A DNA stretch of 63,816 bases, counting the filler, from Octopus bimaculoides (taxonomy: Eukaryota), in assembly GCF_001194135.2 (NCBI RefSeq). It is 4 parts of 3 records of this genome, joined end to end, with 100 filler letters (N's around TTAATTAATTAA, not from the genome) between each part and the next. Parts side by side here need not be neighbours in the genome. Positions count along the whole stretch, not along the records: positions 1 to 16,721 come from NC_068997.1; 3 more parts are not named here. The stretch is one strand, 5' to 3'. The notes beneath the pieces were generated by a model. It saw only the letters and a list, made by a program, of their open reading frames with translations, was not told the origin of the DNA and did no database searches. Positions 1 to 12,376 of this stretch are shown piece by piece (the first letter of the stretch is position 1; each line of letters begins with the position of its first letter). The position numbers were made by a program, and so were the translations under genes.

Positions 1-450
1 AGATAGAGGCGGAGGATGGTAGCGATATATTTATGGTCAGTTGGTCTTAACAGTGTAGAGGGGATGAGCATATAGAGTGAAGGAGGAATAGGGGGATGAG
101 GTTAAAAGGTCTAGTGAGTAGGAAGGAATGCGTGTGTGTAGTATATAGGTGGTGGGGGTATGAGTGATAAACCAAGGACAGAGATAAAGGGAAGGGATGG
201 GTGGGAAAGGTAGTTAGTAGTATCATATTTTAGGATGCTGCCAAGCCTATTTATAGACGGTGGAAATGGATTGAAAGAAGTGACGTAGTCTGTATGCGTA
301 GGTGGTGTTCACGTGAATTTGAGAATAGAAGAAATAGATTTGGTGGTATATGTTTGGTGAGATGATCGAAGGGAATAATTCTATTCAAAAGATGGTAAAA
401 GATGGATGGTTTTGCCAGGTTGAATAGGTTGCCTGTGGGGGGTTGTGTGA

Positions 451-975
451 TTATGTTGCGTGATCGTTTGTGCAATTTTGCTTGTGATAGAACCTAAATG
501 TGTGAAAAGAGCGGTGGTTGCAGTTGCTAAACGCTTCGTTATATCGATTAAGTAGAGTGGGAGAATTGTATTTAAAAATATGGAACGCCTCCGTTAGGCA
601 AAGCTTGCAATTGGAGCGCTGGCCCTGGTATGGAGTTCCAGAATCTAAGATGGACCATTTTAAGGTATATTGGGTATTTTGGTTTTTGAGGTAATGAATA
701 TGATTGGCTAATGTTGTAGATTTACTGTGTTTGTCGTATCTAAAAGAGTGCATATGGGCTGCGTAGCGATGTTTAAAGTTTATAGTTGCACCAATGTACG
801 TGGCAGTAGAGTTATGTAATAGATTTTTGTATCTTACGCAATGTGTTTGAAGCGGACAGATAGTCCCGGAGCGACAGTTACAAGTGTAGGAGGCTAGAGG
901 GTTGCGTATGCTTGTGGTTGAGTTATTATTAGTGGAGGATATGTTATTAGGGGATGTTATTATGGGATCATGTGG
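451..975 (-). mobile_element. Penelope-like retroelement 3' fragment: Cys-rich linker + GIY-YIG endonuclease
   Basis: The ORF-track frame 451..753 stays open upstream to ~975: ...CNCRSGTICPLQTHCVRY..ATYIGATINFKHRYAAHMHSFRY..STTLANHIHYLK..LKWSIL..CKLCLTEAFHI..LLNRYNE..CNHR. CxC..CPL, YIG, FK.RY..H..SF, C.LCL.E and LLN.R.E are typical of the PLE endonuclease. The strand-biased 1-450 stretch is probably its 3' flank. Confidence 0.85.
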
Positions 976-980
976 TTATT

Positions 981-2203
981 CATTAATTTCCGCAAATTTT
1001 ATTTAATTCTTTATGCTTTGAAGAGAGAAGAAATTGAAACAGAAGAGAAAGTGAAAAGTCGACATTTGCTTTGAAGTGAGAGAAGAAAGTGAAAGATGTA
1101 TGTATGTGTATATGAAATGACTTGTGTGTGTGTGAGAGAGAGAGAGAGAGTGAGTGAAGGTGTGTCGTGTATGTATTTTCTTGCATGTATGTGTGGCACT
1201 CTCTCCCTCTCTCTCTGTCTTACACACACACATACGTTATCTTTCATATACATGTACATAAATACATATGCATACATCTTTTTGTATGTATGTGTGCATG
1301 TGCATGTGAGAGAGAAAGTGAGTGACTGTATTTCCTCATAACATAAAGAAATAGATGTCTTTTAAGGTACACACTCATACAGAAAATGTGACGTCGTCGC
1401 TGTCGTGGTACAAAATGTCGTTTAGGATAGTTGAATTATAGAAAGATGATAATGTTAAACTTTTGTAATGCAAATATGTAAATGAAAATAAAGATTATTT
1501 GTTAGCCGAAAGATTACTGAATCTTTTGATACCCATACGTCAAAATCGGCAACTCAGTTTTCGAATGTAGTCATTAATTTCCGTAAAAAGATTTTATTAC
1601 ATTATGCTTTGAAGAGAGCATAAATTGAAAGAGAAAAGAAAGTGAAACCGTGACATTTGCTCTAAAATGAGAGCATAAAGTGAAAGAGAGGAGAAAGTGA
1701 AAGATGTATATACGTGAATATGAAAGTGTGTGTGTGTACGTGTGCGCATGTGTGCATGTGTGCGTGTGCATGAGAGAGAGAGAGAAGGAGAGAGAGTGGG
1801 TAAAGTTGTTATGTATGTGTAAGTGGCACTCACTCGGTCTCTCTGTCACACACACACACACACACACATCTTTCATATACACATACATAAATACATATGC
1901 ATACATCTTTTTTGTATATATGTGTGCGTGTGCGTGTGTATGTAAGAGAAAACGTGAGTGACTGTATTTCCTCATAGCATATAGAGAAATGGATGTCTTT
2001 TAACGTACATACTCATATAGAAAATGTTACATCGTCGTCGTTGTTGTAGTATAAAATGTTTACGATAGCTGACTTATAGAAAAGATTATAATGTAAAATT
2101 TCTGTAATGCAAATATGTTGATGAAAATAAAGTTTATAGTTGTAAGATTACTGAATCTTTTGATACCCCATACGTCAAAAATCGGCAACTCAGTTTTCGA
2201 ATG
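981..2203. repeat. Two-copy ~600-bp tandem repeat (981-1571, 1572-2203)
   Basis: Both units start CATTAATTTCCG(C/T)AAA and end GATACCC(C)ATACGTCAAAA(A)TCGGCAACTCAGTTTTCGAATG; internal blocks are collinear but diverged. Confidence 0.9.
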
Positions 2204-2220
2204 CATAAGGAAGATATGCG

Positions 2221-2334
<114 letters not shown>

Positions 2335-2838
2335 CTCTTTTATATATATGGAAGTGTCCTTGTCTGTCGTTCTCTCTGTTTGTCTCTTACATTCTCTGTG
2401 TCTATCTCTTCTTGTCTCCTCCTCTTCCCTGATATCAGCCACCCTCATTATGCCACATTTCCCTGAACCTAACACTTTTGCACCCTTCTCATTTTATCAT
2501 GTAGCCTAATTTATCATGTAGCCCAATTCCTGTAGTCGGTCCATTATCGATTTTTATTGAAATCCAATTAGCCTATAACTGAACTGGATGTTAGTTCAAC
2601 ATGTTTGGTGAAGATTGGTTCCCTGGTTTGGGCAGCAAGATGGTAACTGGCACAGAAATTGCTATATATATATATATACATACATACATACATACATGCA
2701 TTCATGTGTATGTGCATACACACACTCATACAGTGAAATAATTATGTGATTTATTGAACATCCAAAAGGTACAGACGATATAAGGTCAAAGCATCAACAA
2801 TATCTATTTTGTAGACGACACAGTCCTCAAGACATCAA

Positions 2839-4406
2839 CAAAAACCTACAAACAATAGTTAATCCTATTAATTATGAAAGTGTGAAGACGAGTTTAGGTT
2901 AGCAGTAAAAAAGCAGAGGCAATGATAATTTCATAGAAAGCACCACTAATTCGCAACCTACGAACTGACTGTAATATGTCTGTGCATGTGTTTGTACATG
3001 TGTGTGTGTGTGCGCGTGTGTATGCTTGTGTGCGGTGTATATGTACGCGTGCGTGCGTGAGTGCTTGATCATATTTATATATATTTATATTTATATCTTG
3101 TCCAGGAGTGATTGGTTGTATAAATATTTCACTGTAGGGTTATGTATGTGCTTGTTTATCTACAAGGCTCAACTGAGGCCCATAATAGAGTATTGAACCT
3201 ACATCTAGGACGGTACTACTTCAAAGTGCACTGATCATGGATCATTGGACCACATAGAGTACTCGGCTGCTTTGCATTCCATCTCTGACGGACACACTTT
3301 AGCCTCTTCTCACAAGCACGGTATCTCTTCTTTCTGTCGTTACTATGATAGTCTCTGCTGTTCGGAATGATCTCGTACCTTCACCATTCAGGAACCTCCA
3401 ATCCATTCGTCCCGCCAACTGTCGCCACATCAGATGTATTCAATACGCACTTTCCCCACACTAACCTTTGCTGCAAATCCTTCATACCCAGAACATCAGC
3501 CCTTTGAACATCCGCTCATGTCTTTTCTGCAGATATTGGCACGTAAAAGCTTAAACGGAAAAAAAATTGAATGGTGTTTGGTCAACGATCTATCATGGCT
3601 TCTGCGGACAGAATGTTCAGAAAGTTCACGCAGTAGAGCAAAGAAAAAGGGGAGATAACAAAAGGGGGAAGAAAGAACGGTGACCCAAGAACGAGGAGCT
3701 GTGTGTGTGAGAGAGAGAAAGAATGCTGGTGATCTTGACGTATGCATGTGTGAAAAAATGGGGAGGGGAGAAAGAAGTTGGTCAGTTGTAGTGTGTGCGT
3801 GGTGTGATGTGAGGGTGTTGGGAGGTGGGGAAGGCATGGGTGGATTGTGGGTTAGGCTGAGGGTGGGGGTAGAGGTAGGGGNNNNNNNNNNNNNNNNNNN
3901 NNNNNNNNNNNNNNAGGGGTATGTGGGTAGGGGTGGGTGTAAGGAATTGGATGGGGTGGAGTGGGAAGGTAGAGTAGGAGTGTGTTGGAGTGGGGTGGGA
4001 TGAGCTTATGAGGGAGGGTTGACGATGAAGTAGTACCGTCCTAGATGTAGGTTCAATACTCTATTATGGGCCTCAGTTGAGCCTTGTAGATGAACAAGAA
4101 TATACATAACTCTACAGTGAAATATTTATACAACCAATCACTCCTGGACAAGATATAAATATAAATATATATAAATATGATCAAGCACTCACGCACGCAT
4201 ACATATACACCGCACACAAGCATACACACGCGCACACACACACACATGTACAAACACATGCACAGACATATTACAGTCAGTTCGTAGGTTGCGAATTAGT
4301 GGTGCTTTCTATGAAATTATCATTGCCTCTGCTTTTTTACTGCTAACCTAAACTCGTCTTCACACTCTCATAATTAATAGGATTAACTATTGTTTGTAGG
4401 TTTTTG
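2839..4406. repeat. Inverted duplication, arms ~2839-3223 and ~4026-4406
   Basis: 4026-4406 is the reverse complement of 2839-3223 with a few substitutions; the ORF track gives near-identical peptides ending YKAQLRPIIEY on opposite strands. Confidence 0.9.
3140..3525 (+). mobile_element. Decayed LINE 3' ORF2 fragment (L2/CR1/Jockey group)
   Basis: Translation IYKAQLRPIIEY*TYI*DG..SSFCRYYDSLC(C)SE*.. and, after a frameshift, SFIPRTSAL*; resembles the LYKAQIRP.MEYC.HIW..FYRYY.G.CS.E..SF.PRT..LWN pattern. Confidence 0.7.
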
Positions 4407-4459
4407 ATTATCCTCCATCGCTGGCTTCATCAGCCTCTAGTTCCTATAGCTTTCCAGGT

Positions 4460-5030
4460 TACATTTCCCTTGCAACCTGCTTTTGCTGATGATATCGGCC
4501 TAATTAGAAACAGCAAACTACCAGACAAGAGACAGCGCCAAAAGCGAACGGAATTGAATTTGGTTCAGAAAAGTATAAAATAGCCACAACTAAAAATACA
4601 GCAACTAACGCCTTGCTGAATGGAAAAAAAAATTAGAAATAAATAACTTTAATTACTTTCGATATACTTTTAAGCAAGAACGGCAGCTCAGCAATGGGGA
4701 CTATGACAAACCTGTACAGAATATGGAAAAGAAATTCCATCAGTTCTCTGATAATGCCCAAATTGTTTGATTCATTGCTAACTTGAAAAATTTCATATGC
4801 GTATGACAGCTAGATATTCACGGTCGACATGGTACGTAGAATTCAAGTGTTCGAGTACACGTACCTTAAACGGCAGCTGCTCATCTCATACACAGAACAT
4901 AAGACAAAAAGCTTTGTCAAGTAGTTAGTCACCAGATATGCTGATAGGAAAAAACCACTCTTTGCCACTGTGAAACGATAAAAGTTCGACTGGGACATGT
5001 ATCCCTACACAGCTCTCTTATTTTACTGTA
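4460..5030 (+). mobile_element. Decayed RTE-clade LINE RT/C-terminal fragment
   Basis: PAFADDIGL (RT catalytic motif), NLYRIWK, DMVRRIQVFEYTYLKRQLLISYTEHKT, PLFATVKR*K..GHV; multiple frameshifts. Confidence 0.8.
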
Positions 5031-5246
5031 TCATGAGCCATTGTCAGCGAAACTTCTTGCATGTTTGTTCGAATAATGTATTTAAACGCTACATCTGAAT
5101 ATGATGAATTAAATAGCCCTTCGTATATGTCCCTGAAAATTCTTTACATGCTTGTTTTCCATGTATTTATATAATTTTAGTTATCGGTTTTGTTATATTT
5201 CACAGTTTAGTATTTAAGTACATCGGTTTTCGTTCCCATTTTGTAA

Positions 5247-5249
<3 letters not shown>

Positions 5250-5316
<67 letters not shown>
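5250..5316. repeat. (CT)n microsatellite
   Basis: Direct reading. Confidence 0.95.
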
Positions 5317-5320
<4 letters not shown>

Positions 5321-5884
5321 CGCGATCGCGCGTGTTTATTCATTGAAAATAAATAGTTATAGGATGAGATCTAGTGACAGTTGACTGACCTTGATCCGGT
5401 CAGACCTAGCAATTGTCATAATGCTTCAAAGATCACCAGCATTGCATTCAATGTTATAAATTTGTCTATTTTTCAACACATAAGCACTTTCCCTGCTATC
5501 TCTTTCCTAGCATGTTCAAGCAATAAGCCCACCTCTTTATTTTTCTAACTTCTCTCTTTTTTTAATATCTATATTATCCTTCCTTTTACTCTTTTCAATT
5601 TACAAATTCGGCAGTTTTCGACCATTGCGTTTTATACCTTAATAACTTCATTTCTATTTTTCTTTTTCTTTATTTTTATATGTCTAATTTATCTATATAA
5701 TATATTTGATTTGACTTTTAAATGCTACAAAAATGTTTGTGTATCTCTCATTTCTTTATGCACCTCTGTTTTACAGTTTTCTAAGTCTTCTACTTTAACT
5801 CTTTTCCTCCTGTCACACGTTCCCTATGTTACTTCTTAATTTTTACTATCCCACCTGAAGTTTTCTCCAATTTCATTCTTTCTT

Positions 5885-6014
<130 letters not shown>

Positions 6015-6906
6015 TGCTTTCTTAATCATTTCAGACTTCTTGTATTTCTTCCCGCTGCTGTTGCTTCCTTTACCAACTAATGCATCAATCACACTCATTT
6101 GCTTTCACATGTCTTTAATGAGCTGCAGTAGTTTTTATCTCGCATTGAGTTTTAATTATCGTATTCAATAGAGGTCACATCTTGTACGATTCTATATCAT
6201 AAACTCCAAAGTTGACGAAAGGGCGATGAACTCTGACCGCAAGAACGGGAGATGAGAGAACTTAGAGACTCGCAATGCAGCTTACTACAGACTAGATAGT
6301 CTGTTCTATAGTATTATTTAACCGGAACTAGATCATCCCCAGAAAACTAATAATTTCGTTCACGCCATCACGCTTCTATAGATTTGAAGCTCCAAATGAA
6401 TAAGTCTAATGTTTCCAACTTCATGAAATGATATCATTGTTATTAAGTGTAACTGAAACGCTTCTGACGGAAACTTAAGCAGCGACCAATGGACCAAAGA
6501 TACATAAGTATACTTTGGTTCCCACACTCTAGCAACAACGGTACACACACGCACACATACACTGACAGAGACACGTGCGCGAGCACTCGAACACACATAG
6601 ACACATACAAACATACACAAACAGTCAAACGCGCATTGACATAAATACATACATGTATATGTGTATATTTATGGGTATATACTTATACGCACATATATGT
6701 ACGTATTTGTATATACATACACAAAGATTAGAAATCGATTATTATAACAGATAATGATTCACTCTTTAAGTGATTTCAGTAAGCAGATTCCAATATCTTG
6801 TAGATATATGTATGTATGTGTGTATGCATATATGTGTACGTGTGTGCATATTTGTGTGTATGTGTGTGTGTGCGTGTGTGTGTGTGTGTAAATATATATG
6901 TGTGTG

Positions 6907-6945
<39 letters not shown>

Positions 6946-7716
6946 CAAAAATTTAGATTCAGGTGAATATGGTACTTAAGTTTAGGCACCAGAATTTAGC
7001 ACGGTATTATCCATACAATTTCAAAGTAAGGAGATTAAAATCAAGATAAGCAACAAGGATATCCAGAGGTAATGCAGTACGATCGTTTCATGCAACTCCA
7101 TTTAATTGAACAATGTAATCATTACATCAATTTAAAAATGCAGAGCAATCCTCGGCTGGACAAAGAATTAGAATTTAATCAAATTAGAACAGATGAACAC
7201 ATTAGTATAATTATACCTAAAATCTCCAANNNNNNNNNNNNNNNNNNNNNNNNNNNNNNNNNNNNNNNNNNNNNNNNNNNNNNNNNNNNNNNNNNNNNNN
7301 NNNNNNNNNNNNNNNNNNNNNNNNNNNNNNNNNNNNNNNNNNNNNNNNNNNNNNNNNNNNNNNNNNNNNNNNNNNNNNNNNNNNNNNNNNNNNNNNNNNN
7401 NNNNNNNNNNNNNNNNNNNNNNNNNNNNNNNNNNNNNNNNNNNNNNNNNNNNNNNNNNNNNNNNNNNNNNNNNNNNNNNNNNNNNNNNNNNNNNNNNNNN
7501 NNNNNNNNNNNNNNNNNNNNNNNNNNNNNNNNNNNNNNNNNNNNNNNNNNNNNNNNNNNNNNNNNNNNNNNNNNNNNNNNNNNNNNNNNNNNNNNNNNNN
7601 NNNNNNNNNNNNNNNNNNNNNNNNNNNNNNNNNNNNNNNNNNNNNNNNNNNNNNNNNNNNNNNNNNNNNNNNNNNNNNNNNNNNNNNNNNNNNNNNNNNN
7701 NNNNNNNNNNNNNNNN

Positions 7717-7774
<58 letters not shown>

Positions 7775-7865
7775 ATACTCATATGTGTATGCGTTTGACT
7801 GTGTCTATGCGTGTAGAGAAACCGATTTTGTTATATGCTCAAGTATGATAACGAAAATTCTAATT

Positions 7866-7944
7866 TCATATCATGAAGTTCACACTAGCAGCAATCACAC
7901 TCAAAATTGTGAGGAGTGAATAAAGTGCAATCAAGTTAGAAATC
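7866..7944 (-). CDS. Candidate terminal coding exon with hydrophobic C-terminus
   Basis: Acceptor ctcactgttttcacttatatcag|G; frame xISNLIALYSLLTILSVIAASVNFMI*. Splice-signal inference only. Confidence 0.25.
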
Positions 7945-8199
7945 CTGATATAAGTGAAAACAGTGAGTTTTGAGATATTCTTTGCTATTGAAATATTCAT
8001 ATTTCTCTCAAGATGTGAGTGAAAGGGGGAAATGCAGAAATGTAAATGTAATTGATCAAATTTTCCATGCATGAGGATACATAAACTTATCCCTTAAAAC
8101 ATTCCAGATGGACACGGTTGTGCATGCATGCAAGCACATGCACATACACACACGTACGCAGAGACACACGCACACGCGCGCACACTCACACAGACACAG

Positions 8200-8242
<43 letters not shown>

Positions 8243-9622
8243 CTCACAGAGTTAAACGCAAACGTAAACAGAAGACAATCGATGTCTCATACAAGATTTT
8301 GTGTTGCTAAAAGTTTAATAGATCAAAAACATGTAATCGGCCTGGCTGAAGCTAAGCAGAAAACTGGACTACCGCTGCCATCTAAACTTTCAGTTAGCTA
8401 AATTAAAACCATTGTCTGCAAGCACCTTGCCAAAACCTTTAATGTTTTATTTCGCTAAAATATGCGATGTGAGAAAGCGGGATTAACTCTAACTATTATG
8501 ACGAAGTTGTCTCCCATGCACTAGTTGTAGCCAAATTTCTGATCTGGCTGAATGACTCAAAGCGGCAAATATAAACGAGCCTTACTAATCATCTAATAAT
8601 AATAAGTCCTGTTTAGAAGCAGCGATTACCTCATCACTAATAATCTGAGCTTCCACTCAATTTGATGAATCAGACGTCGGCCAAACTTTTGTGATGAAAA
8701 TTCGAGTCAAACGCGGATATATATNNNNNNNNNNNNNNNNNNNNNNNNNNNNNNNNNNNNNNNNNNNNNNNNNNNNNNNNNNNNNNNNNNNNNNNNNNNN
8801 NNNNNNNNNNNNNNNNNNNNNNNNNNNNNNNNNNNNNNNNNNNNNNNNNNNNNNNNNNNNNNNNNNNNNNNNNNNNNNNNNNNNNNNNNNNNNNNNNNNN
8901 NNNNNNNNNNNNNNNNNNNNNNNNNNNNNNNNNNNNNNNNNNNNNNNNNNNNNNNNNNNNNNNNNNNNNNNNNNNNNNNNNNNNNNNNNNNNNNNNNNNN
9001 NNNNNNNNNNNNNNNNNNNNNNNNNNNNNNNNNNNNNNNNNNNNNNNNNNNNNNNNNNNNNNNNNNNNNNNNNNNNNNNNNNNNNNNNNNNNNNNNNNNN
9101 NNNNNNNNNNNNNNNNNNNNNNNNNNNNNNNNNNNNNNNNNNNNNNNNNNNNNNNNNNNNNNNNNNNNNNNNNNNNNNNNNNNNNNNNNNNNNNNNNNNN
9201 NNNNNNNNNNNNNNNNNNNNNNNNNNNNNNNNNNNNNNNNNNNNNNNNNNNNNNNNNNNNNNNNNNNNNNNNNNNNNNNNNNNNNNNNNNNNNNNNNNNN
9301 NNNNNNNNNNNNNNNNNNNNNNNNNNNNNNNNNNNNNNNNNNNNNNNNNNNNNNNNNNNNNNNNNNNNNNNNNNNNNNNNNNNNNNNNNNNNNNNNNNNN
9401 NNNNNNNNNNNNNNNNNNNNNNNNNNNNNNNNNNNNNNNNNNNNNNNNNNNNNNNNNNNNNNNNNNNNNNNNNNNNNNNNNNNNNNNNNNNNNNNNNNNN
9501 NNNNNNNNNNNNNNNNNNNNNNNNNNNNNNNNNNNNNNNNNNNNNNNNNNNNNNNNNNNNNNNNNNNNNNNNNNNNNNNNNNNNNNNNNNNNNNNNNNNN
9601 NNNNNNNNNNNNNNNNNNNNNN

Positions 9623-10694
9623 GAAGCCAAGACTTTACCTCGGAAATAAGTTCATCATCTTCCGAAAAATACTTCCCCTTCAAAAAAGACTTAACGGCTG
9701 GAAAGAGGTGGAAGTCAGATGGTGCGATGTCAGGAGAGTAAGGAGAATGAGGAAAGATTTCATAGCCGCAGGAGTGTCTTTCATCTGGGAAACACGCGCA
9801 TTGTGAATTGGAGCGTTGTCTTGGAGGAGGCAGACTCCTTTGGTCAGCATACTATACTTTTCTGTTTTGGTAGCGTCCCGCAATTTCTGCAACAGAGAAG
9901 CATAATATGCCGCGTTAATTGTGGCGACCTTTGCCAGAAAATCCATCACCACTACTCCGCGCTGGTCCCAAAAGACTGTGAACATCATCTTACCTGCTGA
10001 GAGCTGGACACGAGCCTGCTTTGGAGGTGGTGAGTTATCATGCTTCCATTGCTTCGACTGGATTTTAGTCTCAGGATTGTGTAATAAATCTACTGAACAA
10101 GTCCTCCCCGTTTTCGTAGCACATTGCCAAAAGAGCCTGGGAACAATTGATTCATTCTTGGTTCTGAAAAGATGTGAGCATCCGGGAAATCCATTATGCA
10201 GGCAACTTCCACATGTACAAATGGTCGTGAATGATTTTTTTTTTTCCCACGGACCCTACACTTATCTTCACTTCCTGAACGATCATCCTAAATGGTGGCT
10301 TCCACTTTATGGTTGGTGTTGTCATCAATGACGGAATGTAGTCGTCCAGGAATAAAAGCAGTTTTCACTGATGCCCGACCACATTTGAACTAGCGATGCC
10401 AGTGCTTGACTATGTCGTATGATGGTGCATCGTTACCATAAACTTCTTTCATCTCATCGAAAGTCTCATTTGGTGCATTCAAGCATAAGAACCTGATCAC
10501 TGATCTGCATTCAACTGCCACCATTATAACACCTTAGTTCACTTCAGCAGCCGTAAAAGACAAACGAATACTAGTGGAAAGCTGCAATTTACGATGTGAT
10601 ATGTAGAGGCATATATGATTATACCTGTACTAGTTCCGTTTCCTGCAATAACCAGAAGTGGGCCAGGGGAAATCTTTAATGAACGCCCCTCGTA
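9623..10694 (-). mobile_element. Decayed mariner transposon; 3' end lost in gap
   Basis: 5' TIR TA|CGAGGGGCGTTCATTAAAG at 10694; ATG at 10524 (MVAVECRSVIRFL..); WISRML (WVPR-like), KMMFTVFWDQRGVV.MDFL..TINAAYY..LL, LLQDNAPIH, PYSPDIAPSDFHLF-type motif and KGKYFSEDDELISEVKSWL, with stops and frameshifts. Confidence 0.92.
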
Positions 10695-10701
10695 TATAAG
10701 C

Positions 10702-10777
10702 AATTATGCAATTATAGGCAAATGGAATATATTAAATATAATTATGCAATTATAGGCAAATGGAATATATTAAATAT
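10702..10777. repeat. Perfect 38-bp tandem duplication beside the mariner TIR
   Basis: AATTATGCAATTATAGGCAAATGGAATATATTAAATAT x2. Confidence 0.9.
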
Positions 10778-11184
10778 AACAGCTTGGGCATGAAATACAA
10801 AATATGTACATATGTATACATGCAAAATGAAAGAAAGTAAAGAGTGGAGACTTTCAGACGATGAATACTTGAGTATAAATATATAGATATTTATATTAAT
10901 AGATCCAACTTACACTAGTACAAGCGACAGAGAAAATTAAAGGGAGGACTTCACAATGATTTGAAAATGTAAGACTTCTAAACTGATGATGGAGGCTTGG
11001 CTTAACCAGTGTTGATTGCTTCCATTACGGCTTGCATATTGTGATGAACTACAACATTCTGGCAGATCTACGAGCCCTAAGAAACAGCTGTTGGACTTAT
11101 ACCTCCTTACTACCTACCCTTTAATTTTCTCCGTCTTTTGTACTCTGTGTAAGTTGACTTATTTTAAAAAATTGATAATAACAG

Positions 11185-11406
11185 AAGCTGTATTAATACC
11201 AAAAGGTAATATTTATGTCCAACTTAAAGTGGAGGTTGTTACAACACAGAATACTGCATTATTTACCTTGAGAGTACCTCTCATATGGATTTGTGGTGGA
11301 TAAAAGCACTCATATTCATATAGTAAATAGTGCAGCATTTGGGGTTTTAACACAACCTCCACGCTAGGTCAAAGGTACATATTGCATTTTGGTATTAATA
11401 CTGCTT
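11185..11406. repeat. Imperfect inverted repeat, ~82-bp arms (11185-11266 / 11323-11406)
   Basis: AAGC(T/A)GTATTAATACCAAAA..GTGGAGGTTGT..TGCA(T/C)TATTTAC is matched in reverse complement. Confidence 0.85.
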
Positions 11407-11515
11407 GTATCGCTATTATATTTTTAATATACTCACTGGCTATTTGCCTGAATAGACACTAATATTCTATATATCGTCGACGGGGGATTCGGCTGTTATG
11501 TCTCTATAGAGTGTA

Positions 11516-11560
11516 TGCCACTGAAGAGTCGAAAACAGCGCGAAATCGTGTGATCTGGCA
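11516..11560 (+). ncRNA. Type I hammerhead ribozyme motif (Penelope-associated)
   Basis: Stem I TGCCA/TGGCA; core CTGAAGA (11521-27) and GAAA (11542-45); helix III A-T-C[GTGT]G-A-T; cleavage triplet AUC. Stem II pairs poorly. Confidence 0.7.
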
Positions 11561-11954
11561 GTTTCGGTAGCCGTAGCAGATGATTCTCATCTATGAACGA
11601 TAGAAGGAGGAGTTCTTTTAAGCACCACAAGCCCATGAGAGATCCCCTCAAGACAAATAACGCAATATACTGTGACCTAACACAATCTCCAAGTTAAATT
11701 GGAGATACAGATTGCCATTTGTTCTCAAAATATTTCATTACACCTCAGATAAAGAACAAATCAAAATTCATTCCACCACTAAGAAATACTTTCTAAATCA
11801 CCATCCAAATCTTATCCAAATCACCACCTCAACATAATACTAATGTCTCTAACACAATATTACAAAATCAAAAAAGTTTGCTCTTAAATGTCTCCGATAA
11901 AACAAGTCATCAAACAGACAGATAAAAGTGATGCCAAAATTATAACAGATGCTA

Positions 11955-12176
11955 TGGAGGTGAGCTGGCAGAATCGTTAGCATACTGGGCAAATTACTTG
12001 GAGGCATTTTGCACGTCTTTACGTTACCTTCTGAGTTCCAATGTCGCTACGGTCGACTTTGCCTTTTATCCTTTCGGAGTCAATAAAATCGTACCAGTTG
12101 AACACTTGGGTTGATATAATCGACTTACTCCTCACCCGAACTTACTGACCATGTGCCAAAATTTGAATCCATTATT
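11955..12176 (+). mobile_element. tRNA-headed SINE, family A
   Basis: GAGCTGGCAGAATCGTTAG (A-box-like), CTGAGTTCCAAT (B-box-like), GGTCGACTTTGCCTTTTATCCTTTCGG body; many sister copies in the window. Confidence 0.8.
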
Positions 12177-12189
12177 ATAATAGATGCTA

Positions 12190-12376
12190 ATGTTGCGAGC
12201 TTAGCAGCATTTCGTTCATCTTTGCATTCTGAGTTCAAATGACGCCGAGGTCGACTTTGCTTTTCTTCCTTTCGGGGTCGATAAAATAAGTCCCAGTTGA
12301 GCACTGAAGTCGGTGCAATCAACTTGACCCCTCCCCTAAAATTACTGCCCTTGTGCTAGATTTTGAAACCATTTTT
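12190..12376 (+). mobile_element. SINE family A, 5'-degraded
   Basis: TTCTGAGTTCAAAT..GAGGTCGACTTTGC..GGGGTCGATAAAATAAG. Confidence 0.8.

Noticed and set aside
4407-4440. Minus-strand CTGATGA-AGCCAGCGATGG hammerhead half
   Set aside because: GAAA box absent; at best a broken remnant.
7072-7848. Long ORF-track entries spanning N gaps (also 8670-9806, 23678-24330, 32112-32982 and others)
   Set aside because: Open only because Ns are translated as X.
10982-11030. CTGATGA followed by a hairpin
   Set aside because: No GAAA after the stem and no helix I/III partners.
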